The notes under the pieces: generated by a model
What the model was told of the DNA's origin: nothing
The model's input: only the letters and a program-made list of their open reading frames with translations
The model's database searches: none
DNA from: Deltaproteobacteria bacterium
GTDB lineage: Bacteria; JAMCPX01
DNA: 64,000 nt
Direction: 5' to 3'
Assembly (NCBI GenBank): GCA_023382265.1
Contig: JAMCPX010000017.1
Span: 4,838 to 68,837, forward strand
Program-made: the position numbers and the translations under genes
Shown: piece after piece, positions 9,685 to 19,014 of the stretch
Position numbering within the stretch: the stretch's first letter is position 1
Layout of the letters: each line of letters starts with the position of its first letter

Positions 9685-10625
9685 TATGATATGCCCAATT
9701 CCTTTTTCTTCCTCGTTATCAGTTCATTAAAAGATGCTGCAAGAAAATCTTCTGCGGTTCTTATATGTTCAGGAATCCTTTTCTCAAAGTATCTATTTCC
9801 TTCCTCGATATCATCTCTCAGCAATTCCGAAAAATTTCCGTGTCTTACTCCCTCCTCAACCAACTCCTGGTTGTAAAGTGCAATATCCGATACAATAATT
9901 CTTGCAAGTCTTCTTGCCTTTTCTATTTCTTCCTTATCTAAGGGTGTTTGTACAAATCCCTCTTCTTTTAATCTCTTTATATCTTCTTTACGAAGTTCCG
10001 GGATTGTTGTCTCCACTCTCTCTGTTCCTGTCTCTGCATGTTCTATGGGTTTCTGAGGTTCTTGAATTTCTTCCAGTTTTATTAAAAGTTTGTTTATCTT
10101 GGCAATCAAATGATCTCTTATATGATGTTTCTCTATAAAATCATTGGCACCGTAAAGGCTCTGCGGCATACGTTTATAACGGGTTTTATCGTATATGGAA
10201 GCTATAAGTATAACTTTTATACCGTGAAGTCTTTCATCATTTTTTATCATCTCCGGGAACTCAAATCCAAATATCTCGGGCAAAGCTACATCAACAATAG
10301 CTACATCCGGATGTGAGTTCATCATAATGGAGATAGCCTCTATGCCGTTTTTAGCAAATAAAGGCACATAACCTGCTGCTTTTATAATAACACCAATCAT
10401 ATCCCTCATTGCATTACTTGAATGGGCGATTAGTATTTTTCTTACTGCCCTGTCATGATGCGGCTTGTTTGGCTCATTATTCGCTTCTTCACCTATTGCT
10501 TGCGATTTTTTCCTCAACATAAAGATAGCTTTGCATTTTGAACACCTTATCTTAATCTTATTAGAAGATAACTTATCTTCAAAAAGTTTGTATTTGGTTG
10601 AGCATACAGGACAGCTTACAATCAT
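9684..10625 (-). CDS. MJ0042-type zinc-ribbon + receiver (REC) domain protein with an uncharacterised C-terminal region
   Basis: N-terminal CPVCSTKY...CSKCKAIF zinc ribbon. A REC domain follows, with a conserved acidic pocket (ILIAHSS...VAIVDVALPEIFGFEF...KVILIAS). The C-terminal roughly 120 aa is helical, charged and unassigned. Confidence 0.65.
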   Translation of the reverse strand: MIVSCPVCSTKYKLFEDKLSSNKIKIRCSKCKAIFMLRKKSQAIGEEANNEPNKPHHDRAVRKILIAHSSNAMRDMIGVIIKAAGYVPLFAKNGIEAISIMMNSHPDVAIVDVALPEIFGFEFPEMIKNDERLHGIKVILIASIYDKTRYKRMPQSLYGANDFIEKHHIRDHLIAKINKLLIKLEEIQEPQKPIEHAETGTERVETTIPELRKEDIKRLKEEGFVQTPLDKEEIEKARRLARIIVSDIALYNQELVEEGVRHGNFSELLRDDIEEGNRYFEKRIPEHIRTAEDFLAASFNELITRKKKELGIS

Positions 10626-10633
10626 AAAATGGT

Positions 10634-12748
10634 TTATACCTTAAACATCTTTATTATATCGTGAAGAACCTTAGCCTGTTTATCTAGCAGTTTTGAAACC
10701 TCATTTAGTTGGGATATGCTTGCTACATTCTCTGAGGAACCTTCTTTAATCCTGTTCAAAGATGATGCAACAATATCATTCGTTTTGGCCTGTTCCCGTG
10801 TTGCTTTATTTATGAAATTTACCATCTCCGTTATATTTTCTATAGCCTGACTGATGAATTTGCTGCTTTTAGCCTGCTCTTCCATCGATTTCTTGACCTG
10901 CTCTGAAACTCCCCTCATCCTTTCAGCAGCACTTGTTATCTGTTCTGAACCCCTTGCCTGTTCCTGTGTTGCCTTTGCTATCTCGACCATCATGGTAGTT
11001 ATATTTGTAATAGCCTCTGTTACTTCTTTTGATGCCTTTGCCTGTTCCTGTGTTGCCTTTGCTATCTCGGATGACATTAAACTGGATTTGGCCGAGCTTT
11101 CCGATATCTTCATAAGTACGGCGCCGGCTTTGTTTGCAAGTTCGCTGCCTTTTTCTACGGTTTCACTGCCAAGGATAACAGACTCCCTTGCCTGCATGGA
11201 TTCAGCCTGTACAGCCCTTATTATATTTGTGATCTCCTTTGTGGATGATGCCGTTCTTTCTGCAAGTTCTTTTATTTCATCCGCCACAACTGCAAAGCTT
11301 TTTCCATACTCACCGGACTGTGATGCGATAATTGCCGCATTAAGGGCAAGCAGATTTGTTTGATCGGTAACTTCATCTATCACATTAAGTATCTTGCCTA
11401 TATCATCTATTTTCTGGGTAAGATTATTTATTGTATCCTCCACATGATTAGAGGCTTCTTTTATCTTCTGCATGCCGTCTATTGTAATATTAACAGCCTC
11501 AACACCATTCTTTGCATCGCTCATAACCTGGTTGGCTATGGAAGCCGTTTCGTTTGCATTTGTTTCGATCTGTTTTGTAGATGCATCCATTTCTACTACA
11601 GAAGCGGCTGTTTCGTCTGTTATTTTAAGTAATTGATCTACATTGTCGGCAACCTGTTTGATAGAAGCACTCATCTCTTCTATTGATGATGTTGTTTCTT
11701 CAATAGAGGAAGAAAGCATCTCAACGTTTTCAAGCACCTCTTCTATACTTGATGACAGCTCAAGTACGGATGATGAGCTTTCTACCGCGGATGAATGGAG
11801 CGTTTCTGTATTTGTTGCGATCTCCTTTATGGAGGCATTTAACTCCATCATGGATGAAGAATTTTCTTCAACCGATCTTTGCTGAAACCCTGATGTCTCA
11901 AGAAGTTTTCCGGCATTATCGGATATCCTTCTAACAATTTCTGTCGTATCAGATGATGCGTTCTGTATGCGTTTTAGTATGTCTCTTAAATTCGAAGACA
12001 TGGTATTAAATGAATTTGCAAGCATGCCGATCTCATCTTTTGATTTTGCAGATACCGTTTGGGTAAGGTCTCCTTCTGATATAAGAGACGCCTTTTCAGC
12101 TATAACAGGGATCTGTCCTATGATCCTCTGAACAAAAAGAAACGTTATACCAGCACCGATTATGAAATTCATGAGAACGATAAGTAATGCGCCCCATATA
12201 AATGATACGATCTTTTTTGATATACCGGCAAGAGACATGCCGAGATACACATAGCCCTGAACCGTTTTAGCCTGCTGCAAGGCTCCGCTCGCGTTTGGCT
12301 TGGAACTCTCTGTGACAACATCCTTGTTTACTTCAATGAATTGTCCGATATGGTGAATGGTAATTGTCGTGTTATGATTTTTTGCCGTTCTGAGTATTTC
12401 AGCTAAAAAATTTGCTGTCGCCTTATTCCTGTATTTAGATGCAAGCGTTACTCCGTTTGCATCCGTTATAACAACATAACTTACATCATTATCCTTAAAC
12501 ATATTATCTATAAGTTCCTCAAGAACAACTCTATCCTGAGCAATAACACCAAACCGGACATTGTAAGCGAGGTCCTCCGCTATCGTATTACCCCTTTTAA
12601 CAAATTCCACCTTATCGAGTGATCTCATAAGGAATAGATAATATAAGCTGTAGACAGTGCTAAGTGCTATGATTCCCCAGAGTATGTAAATAATGAATTT
12701 AAGCCTGAGGCTATATTTGACATTCTCCAACTCTCCAAAAAATTTCAT
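10634..12748 (-). CDS. mcp: methyl-accepting chemotaxis protein (two TM, roughly 150-aa periplasmic sensor, HAMP, long signalling domain)
   Basis: Highly conserved MCP signalling hairpin ([41 protein letters not shown]), a HAMP region after TM2, and long heptad-rich arms. Confidence 0.9.
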   Translation of the reverse strand: MKFFGELENVKYSLRLKFIIYILWGIIALSTVYSLYYLFLMRSLDKVEFVKRGNTIAEDLAYNVRFGVIAQDRVVLEELIDNMFKDNDVSYVVITDANGVTLASKYRNKATANFLAEILRTAKNHNTTITIHHIGQFIEVNKDVVTESSKPNASGALQQAKTVQGYVYLGMSLAGISKKIVSFIWGALLIVLMNFIIGAGITFLFVQRIIGQIPVIAEKASLISEGDLTQTVSAKSKDEIGMLANSFNTMSSNLRDILKRIQNASSDTTEIVRRISDNAGKLLETSGFQQRSVEENSSSMMELNASIKEIATNTETLHSSAVESSSSVLELSSSIEEVLENVEMLSSSIEETTSSIEEMSASIKQVADNVDQLLKITDETAASVVEMDASTKQIETNANETASIANQVMSDAKNGVEAVNITIDGMQKIKEASNHVEDTINNLTQKIDDIGKILNVIDEVTDQTNLLALNAAIIASQSGEYGKSFAVVADEIKELAERTASSTKEITNIIRAVQAESMQARESVILGSETVEKGSELANKAGAVLMKISESSAKSSLMSSEIAKATQEQAKASKEVTEAITNITTMMVEIAKATQEQARGSEQITSAAERMRGVSEQVKKSMEEQAKSSKFISQAIENITEMVNFINKATREQAKTNDIVASSLNRIKEGSSENVASISQLNEVSKLLDKQAKVLHDIIKMFKV

Positions 12749-13287
12749 CTTGTGCCTCCAGTTTTTTGTTTTTTATCCTTAAAAATTAATTTCTCGAATT
12801 GTATTTTCTCTGTTGTCGAAAGGATTTTATCCAGCTCAAGAACCATGATGATCCTTTTTTTATCGCTGACAACACCGGAAAGATACTCAGAACCAATGCC
12901 TTTTGCTATTTGCGGCGGCGGCATAACCTTGCTCTCAGGAACTTTTAACACCTCTTTAACTTCATCAAGGATTAAACCTGCTACCCTATCCAGAACCCTT
13001 ACTATAACTATACGGGCATTTTCATCGGGTTTGTCGGATAGCACATCGAATCTCTTTCGCATATCAACAATAGGTATGATCGTTCCTCTGACATCAATGA
13101 CGCCTTCAAGAAAATCCGGTGCTTTGGGAACTTTTGTAAATGGTGTGTATTTTATAATCTCTACGATTTTATTTATGTCAATTGCAGAATAAACATTCCC
13201 GATTTTTAATACTATGAACTGTTTAATAAGCTCTTTCTGATTAACGTTTTTATCAAGTTTTTGCGTATCACTATTCTTTGTATTCAT
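12745..13287 (-). CDS. cheW: chemotaxis coupling protein CheW
   Basis: 180-aa single CheW domain ([14 protein letters not shown]...[17 protein letters not shown]...GLILDEV). Confidence 0.85.
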   Translation of the reverse strand: MNTKNSDTQKLDKNVNQKELIKQFIVLKIGNVYSAIDINKIVEIIKYTPFTKVPKAPDFLEGVIDVRGTIIPIVDMRKRFDVLSDKPDENARIVIVRVLDRVAGLILDEVKEVLKVPESKVMPPPQIAKGIGSEYLSGVVSDKKRIIMVLELDKILSTTEKIQFEKLIFKDKKQKTGGTR

Positions 13288-13290
13288 ACA

Positions 13291-13965
13291 TTAAGCCTTT
13301 AACATATCGGACGATTTTATTATTTCTTTAAGGTTCAATACAACAGTAAATCCACCATTATAAGTGCTTATCCCTGATAAAAACTTAACATCCACACTAC
13401 CGGAAACATTGGTAAGCTTGATAGAGTCGGAAGAGATCCTTTTTACATTTGTTATTTTATCCACTACAAGCCCCAAAGCTGCATTATCCATATCAACCAT
13501 AACAAATCTCGTATCTGTGCCAAAGTTTAAGAAGGGTAAACCTATACGCGTTCTCATATCTATTAAAGGCATGATCCCACCCCTTAGCACTACTATACCG
13601 AGGACGAACTTGGCTGTATTGGGTACGGGCGTGATATCTCTGACCCTTATTATTTCCTTTACCAAAGAGATCTCTATTCCATACTCTTCCTCGCCGAGAT
13701 TAAAGCATAGAAGTTCTTTTTCACTGTCCAGTGGTGTATACTTTTTTAGTTCATTATGTGCAAGTTCAAGTAAAGTATGAGGCTCCGTAGATACAGGTTT
13801 CCTCTCCTGATCCGGTTGTGATTCTATCAAAGGCTCTTTAATCCGGTTCTTTTCGCCTTGCTCTTGAGAAGACATTATCCCGGGTTCTTTTTTTTGTTTC
13901 TCTTTAAGTTTAGCAAACTTCTCTGATTGCTCTTTTGCCTTTTTTCTTAACTTCGATATATCCAT
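13291..13965 (-). CDS. CheW-like coupling protein with a KE-rich N-terminal extension
   Basis: CheW domain (LCFNLGEEEYGIEISLVKEI...IVVLRGGIMPLIDMRTRIGL...LGLVVDKI) preceded by a roughly 70-aa charged low-complexity region. Confidence 0.75.
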   Translation of the reverse strand: MDISKLRKKAKEQSEKFAKLKEKQKKEPGIMSSQEQGEKNRIKEPLIESQPDQERKPVSTEPHTLLELAHNELKKYTPLDSEKELLCFNLGEEEYGIEISLVKEIIRVRDITPVPNTAKFVLGIVVLRGGIMPLIDMRTRIGLPFLNFGTDTRFVMVDMDNAALGLVVDKITNVKRISSDSIKLTNVSGSVDVKFLSGISTYNGGFTVVLNLKEIIKSSDMLKA

Positions 13966-13966
13966 T

Positions 13967-14776
13967 TTAGGTTAAACTTATCCTGACATCATCTATAATT
14001 GCATTTATAGATTTATCATCGATCATTTCAAGCTCTTCACCATAACCATAAAGCAACGCATTGTTGCATAATGTGTTTATAGATCTCGGAATGCCTTTTG
14101 AGTATTTGTATATCATATCTACAGCGGAAGATGTAAACAGAGGTTTATCCCTGCCCGCGACATTTAATCTAAAATATATGTATCCCTCAACCTCTTCTCT
14201 GCTGAGTGAACCAAGATGAAAAGCAACCCCTATCCTCTGTCTGAATGCATCGTAATACTTTGTCTGTATCCTTTTACGAAATTCGGTTTGACCGATAAGT
14301 ATTATGCTTAAAAGATTCATATTATCAAGCTGATAGTTTGTTAATAAGCGGATTTCATCTATTGTGCTTTTTGATGGAATCAATTGTGCTTCATCTATTA
14401 TTATAACCGGAACCGTATTTTTATTATAAAGGTCTGAGATCTTATCGCTGATCTGTTCTATTATCTCATATTTGAAGTATCTGAGATCCTCTATCCCAAG
14501 CCTTTTTGCAACGGTTTTTAAAAATTGGGTCGGAGAAAGTCGTGGATTGATAATATTTATAATTGTATAGTTTCCCTCAAGACTATCCATTACACTTCTC
14601 GATATTGTAGTTTTGCCCGATCCTATATCACCCGTAAGAACAGCGAGCTCTTTTTCCTGTATTGCAAACAAAATCCTTTCGTATGCCTCTTCGTGTTGTT
14701 TTGACTTATACAAAAATTTGGGATCGGGTGTTTTATTAAAGGGCTTTTCTTTTAATGAATAAAACTCTTCGTACAT
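13967..14776 (-). CDS. ExeA/GspA/MshM-like AAA ATPase (AAA_22) embedded in the chemosensory operon
   Basis: Colinear match to the ExeA/GspA N-terminal ATPase (YxxFYxLKEKPFxxTPDPKFLYxS...LTGDIGSGKTT Walker A...IIIDEAQ Walker B...KGIPRSIN). It lacks the C-terminal peptidoglycan-binding region. Confidence 0.75.
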   Translation of the reverse strand: MYEEFYSLKEKPFNKTPDPKFLYKSKQHEEAYERILFAIQEKELAVLTGDIGSGKTTISRSVMDSLEGNYTIINIINPRLSPTQFLKTVAKRLGIEDLRYFKYEIIEQISDKISDLYNKNTVPVIIIDEAQLIPSKSTIDEIRLLTNYQLDNMNLLSIILIGQTEFRKRIQTKYYDAFRQRIGVAFHLGSLSREEVEGYIYFRLNVAGRDKPLFTSSAVDMIYKYSKGIPRSINTLCNNALLYGYGEELEMIDDKSINAIIDDVRISLT

Positions 14777-14777
14777 A

Positions 14778-16784
14778 TTAACCCCTTACCACTTCTTCCA
14801 CAAATATAGATACATCTATTACAAGAACGATTTCGCCTGAACCCACATCAGCAGCACCGGAAATACCTTTTACGCCTTTCAATAATTTACCGAGAGGTTT
14901 GATAACAACATCCTGCTGCCCGATAAGGCTGTCGGTCAATATCCCTATCAATCTTTCACCAACACCCACCTCAACGACATAATAGTGATCCGGACTTTTA
15001 TCTTCCTTTTTACCGAAATCCAAAACCCTTGATAGTCTTACAACCGGTAAGACAGTATCCCTGAGTTTGATTATTTCTCTATTCTCTACAGTTCTTATAT
15101 CCTCTGAACGTATAAAAATGCTTTCATTTATTGAGTTTAGAGGAATAGCATATCTTTTGCCGTCTGCCTCAACGATTAAAGCCTGAATAATGGCAAGCGT
15201 TACCGGCAGTGTAAGTTTGGTTCGTGTCCATTTACCTTCCTCTGTTTCTAAATCTATCATACCGCTTATTGCTCTAAGATTTGTTTTTACAACGTCAAGT
15301 CCAACTCCTCTGCCCGATATTTCGCTCACGTCAGACTTTGTAGAAAAACCTGGCAGAAATAACATGCTGAATAATTCATCCCTGGTTGGTTTTGAGGATG
15401 ATGAGAGTAACCCGCTTTCTACAGCCTTTTTTCTAATAGCTTCAAGTGATATTCCTTTACCATCGTCTTCTATTTCTATAATGACATGATTGCCTTTTTG
15501 ATATGCACGTATCGATATCCTGCCTTTTTCCGGTTTACCCGATAGTAGTCTTTCCTCTGCTTTCTCTATTCCGTGATCTATTGAATTCCTTATTATATGC
15601 ATCATTGGATCTGTCAGCTCTTCTATAATCAATTTATCCAATTCCGTTTCTGCACCGTAAAAAGACAGTTCCATTTCTTTGTTGAGACTTTTAGCGATCC
15701 TTGTAGCTGTTCTTGTGAGTTTATCAAAAAGCTGGCTCAAAGGGATCATCCTTATATCAAGAATACCGAGCTGAAGTTCATTCAGTTTCATCTCCAGTCC
15801 TTTCAATATTTTGGCAAATTCAACGGCTGTACCTTTAAATCCAGTCTCCTGCCGTAAGGTCTCTAATGTTCTTAAAAGGTTTGTTTTGAAAAGGATAAGC
15901 TCACCTACAATATTCATGATATGATCAAGCTTCGCTATGTCAACCCTTACAGTCTGAGCTATACCCTTTATCGACGTGGTCTCATCAATACCCGATGAGA
16001 CTACGGATTGCGAGCCGTTATTATCATGTGTAACGGCGGCAGACTCTTTTTGATTTCTCAAGTTTTGTACTTCCAAATTTTTAAAATCCAGGGCACTGCG
16101 TATTTTGTCTTCCGACTCTTTCGTTCCAATAATGATATCGAATTTTATTTCGTTTTCTTTTGCCTCTGTTGTGCTTGGAAGTGTAGTAATAAGCTCTCCA
16201 AAACTTTTTAATTCAGCAGTTAAATCGGATAGCTCTTTATCAAAACTCATAATATTAAAAATTGTTTCTATCTTAAATATGTCGTTGCCCTCCTTGATGT
16301 TTTCTCTTAACCTTGATTCCTCATACTCCGTGAGAACACCCAGTATGTCCTTGTTTAATGAGAGTAACGAAAATATATCGTCCTTTTTCTCTTCCGGTTT
16401 ATCATTCTCTGCATCTAAAAGCTTTTTGAGCAGCGGTTCTATATCAGTGCCTCTGCCGAAATTTTCCGAAGAGACCATTGTTCTCAAAAGATCGCCTGCA
16501 GAGTACAAAGCATCTATAAGCTGATCCGAAATCTTAACTTTACTCAGTCTTACTTTATCAAGCAGATCCTCCATCTTATGGCTTGTATCTGTAACTTCTT
16601 TGAAACCAAACATACTGGATATCCCCTTCAGGGAATGTGCCGCACGGAAAAGATCGTTTATTACATCTGGATCGGGCTTAGCCGTCTTTCTTGCATTGTC
16701 TATGATAAGAACGTCCTCAAATAATTTATCTATAAGCTCTTCCGCCTCTGCAATAAATTCTTTTGTTGCTTTATTTTGTTCCAT
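14778..16784 (-). CDS. cheA: chemotaxis histidine kinase CheA
   Basis: P1 HPt (RAAHSLKGISSMFGF), dimerisation domain, HATPase (N, G1 DDGKGI and G2 GRGVGLDVV boxes), and a C-terminal CheW-like P5 domain. Confidence 0.9.
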   Translation of the reverse strand: MEQNKATKEFIAEAEELIDKLFEDVLIIDNARKTAKPDPDVINDLFRAAHSLKGISSMFGFKEVTDTSHKMEDLLDKVRLSKVKISDQLIDALYSAGDLLRTMVSSENFGRGTDIEPLLKKLLDAENDKPEEKKDDIFSLLSLNKDILGVLTEYEESRLRENIKEGNDIFKIETIFNIMSFDKELSDLTAELKSFGELITTLPSTTEAKENEIKFDIIIGTKESEDKIRSALDFKNLEVQNLRNQKESAAVTHDNNGSQSVVSSGIDETTSIKGIAQTVRVDIAKLDHIMNIVGELILFKTNLLRTLETLRQETGFKGTAVEFAKILKGLEMKLNELQLGILDIRMIPLSQLFDKLTRTATRIAKSLNKEMELSFYGAETELDKLIIEELTDPMMHIIRNSIDHGIEKAEERLLSGKPEKGRISIRAYQKGNHVIIEIEDDGKGISLEAIRKKAVESGLLSSSSKPTRDELFSMLFLPGFSTKSDVSEISGRGVGLDVVKTNLRAISGMIDLETEEGKWTRTKLTLPVTLAIIQALIVEADGKRYAIPLNSINESIFIRSEDIRTVENREIIKLRDTVLPVVRLSRVLDFGKKEDKSPDHYYVVEVGVGERLIGILTDSLIGQQDVVIKPLGKLLKGVKGISGAADVGSGEIVLVIDVSIFVEEVVRG

Positions 16785-16787
16785 GAG

Positions 16788-17156
16788 CTATCCTATATAC
16801 CTTTTTATAAACTTTTGAAGCGCCTCAGGCTTAAAGGGTTTAACAAGGTATTCGTTTGCACCAAGCCCGATACCTTTTTTCCTGTCATTCTCTGTTCCCT
16901 CTGTAGAGATAATGATTAGAGGTATATCTTTATACTGCTCATTTTTTCTTATAAAATTTATGAGTTCAAGCCCATTTATGTCAGGCATATTTATATCCGT
17001 TACGACTAGTTGAAATCTTACCTGCGGCAGCAGTTTTAGAGCTTCAAAACCAGTTGGAGCTTCATAGATATCATAGTCACCAACACTTTCTATAGCGGAG
17101 GAAATAAATGCACGCATGGTAGCGGAATCCTCTACAATAAGGATATTGTCTGTCAT
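16788..17156 (-). CDS. cheY: chemotaxis response regulator CheY
   Basis: 122-aa single REC with the conserved Asp pocket (ILIVEDSATMR...LVVTDINMPDINGLELI...PLIIISTEG...KP). Confidence 0.9.
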   Translation of the reverse strand: MTDNILIVEDSATMRAFISSAIESVGDYDIYEAPTGFEALKLLPQVRFQLVVTDINMPDINGLELINFIRKNEQYKDIPLIIISTEGTENDRKKGIGLGANEYLVKPFKPEALQKFIKRYIG

Positions 17157-17158
17157 TA

Positions 17159-18835
17159 TTACTTTCGCTCCTTTAGCATTCTTTCAAGATAAGACTTTTC
17201 CATAACCACACTTGCCTGATTCATAAATATCTCAAAGGCTGTCATATCGCCGATTGGCTTTTTAAAGGGGACATTATCACCGTAGAATATGGCTGCAACT
17301 CTATTTGCCGTTAAGAGTGGTATAACATAGCATTCGATAGGCCAGACGCCGCCAAGCTGATCTATAAATCGCTTATTGGCTTCTGTATGCTGCGGCTCTG
17401 CTTTGATGGGCCTTTTGTATTGCATTACCCTGCCCAGTATTAAATCATCATCTATTTTGATCTCCATTTTTTTTATAACCATATTGGGATTTTTAAAAAA
17501 AGACTCAAGCCCGAATTGTCCGAGCCCTTTTACATTGTTCTTTTTGACAAGAAATAAGACGCCTCTGTTGAGGAGTTCACTTGCAAACCTCATTGTAAGC
17601 AGTGTTACCTCGCCTGTAAAATTTGGATGCATAAGTTCATCAATCATTGATTTCAAAGTAAGCAATCCGGGACTTGATTCGGTTTTAAGTATGGGGCCTT
17701 CCGGTAAAAGGTCTGTTTCATTAACAAACTCATTCGTTAATTCCTCTGTTATATCCTGTATAAGTTTGTGTCCTGCATCATCTTCTTCTTTTATTTCCTG
17801 TTTTGTTGTTACCACTTCCTTCCACACAGGTTTAAATGTAAAACCTGCCTCATGATACTGCCTCATAAGGGTTGAAATCTTTTCAACTATATCCATATAG
17901 GTATCAATTTCATTCAAAGATCTTGAGAATTTCTTCGGCTTTTTTAAATATGCGTACACACCAAGCATCTTGGCCTCTTTTAAAACTTCTTCATTGTTTA
18001 CACTGCTCAAAAGTATAATCGGTATCTTTAGTTTTTTTTCTATTGTCCAATTAAGAAGTTCCAGACCGCCAAGCATACCCTCACCTTTAGTTTTTGGTAT
18101 GGCAAGTTCGGTAACGATTAAAGGAAACCTTGGTGAATCATGTATAGATTCAAGATAGTTATAAAGCGTCCTCAGATCATCCATAACAGTTATTTTCAGT
18201 CCTCTTGACTCAAGGCTTTCTTTAAAAAATGACTGTGATTCTGTATTGGGATCAAGAATAATAATCTCTTCCATCTCCATTAACTTCGGTTCCATTTCTT
18301 CTGTAACAGAAATCGGCGTACTCTCGGCTCTTTTTTGTTCATCGATTTGGCGCACAGCTTCCATTGCCACGTACTGAGGATTAATAGGAACAGATAAATA
18401 ACACTCATACGCATTTATCAAAACATTCCTGTCACTCGCTTCACTCAGTTCAAAGTTGAAATTTCCCTCTTTCCATTCAAAAAAGTTAAATATGATTGAT
18501 GTCACATACGATTTTATAAATTCATCAATGCCCTCTTTATCAATAACATTTGAGTTTATCAAAAGAGATCTCGGATCCTCGATCTCTTCAACCCTGATAC
18601 GATCGTACATCTTTTTTTCCAGTTGTTCTGTAAGGATACCTTTATTTTTAAGTAATCCCAATATATTATTAGGATTGGATGATATTGATGCGGATATGAG
18701 CTGACCATCAGAAAATACAAGTTTACCTTCTTCACCCTTCTTCGTAAGATAAAGAATTCCAGACCGCCTGCTAAGGCTTACTATCTGTAGTATATCACCA
18801 AGAGCTAAATCCTCAAGGCTACCTATTAAACTCAT
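17159..18835 (-). CDS. DUF4388 (PatA-N-like) domain protein with a degenerate receiver-like domain and a GAF-like C-terminus; first gene of the chemosensory operon
   Basis: The N-terminal GSLEDLALGDILQIVSLSRRSGILYL matches the DUF4388 signature. The central REC-like fold (KITVMDDLRTL...PLIVTELAIPKTKG...IILLSSV) has the phospho-acceptor position replaced (TEL for D). The C-terminal roughly 150 aa is GAF-like. Confidence 0.55.
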   Translation of the reverse strand: MSLIGSLEDLALGDILQIVSLSRRSGILYLTKKGEEGKLVFSDGQLISASISSNPNNILGLLKNKGILTEQLEKKMYDRIRVEEIEDPRSLLINSNVIDKEGIDEFIKSYVTSIIFNFFEWKEGNFNFELSEASDRNVLINAYECYLSVPINPQYVAMEAVRQIDEQKRAESTPISVTEEMEPKLMEMEEIIILDPNTESQSFFKESLESRGLKITVMDDLRTLYNYLESIHDSPRFPLIVTELAIPKTKGEGMLGGLELLNWTIEKKLKIPIILLSSVNNEEVLKEAKMLGVYAYLKKPKKFSRSLNEIDTYMDIVEKISTLMRQYHEAGFTFKPVWKEVVTTKQEIKEEDDAGHKLIQDITEELTNEFVNETDLLPEGPILKTESSPGLLTLKSMIDELMHPNFTGEVTLLTMRFASELLNRGVLFLVKKNNVKGLGQFGLESFFKNPNMVIKKMEIKIDDDLILGRVMQYKRPIKAEPQHTEANKRFIDQLGGVWPIECYVIPLLTANRVAAIFYGDNVPFKKPIGDMTAFEIFMNQASVVMEKSYLERMLKERK

Positions 18836-19014
18836 TTATTAAGAATTCTCCTATATATCAATTGTTTAATTTTATTATCATACCAATACATAGGTGTAAA
18901 GCAACAAACATTAACCCGAATAAGACAATGACGTAAATGTGCATCAAAAGATGCGAATTTGATTGCATAATAACATAAATAAAAGTATAAGGGTAACAAA
19001 AGGTATGTGATACT

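Noticed and set aside
10854-11885. Ser-rich ORFs (169 aa, 80 aa, 90 aa) on the plus strand inside the MCP gene, and similar ORFs inside cheA (for example 16105..16524)
   Set aside because: They are antisense reading frames of the Ala/Glu/Ser-rich MCP and CheA coiled coils. The low complexity is an artefact, and the genuine genes on the minus strand have strong family signatures.
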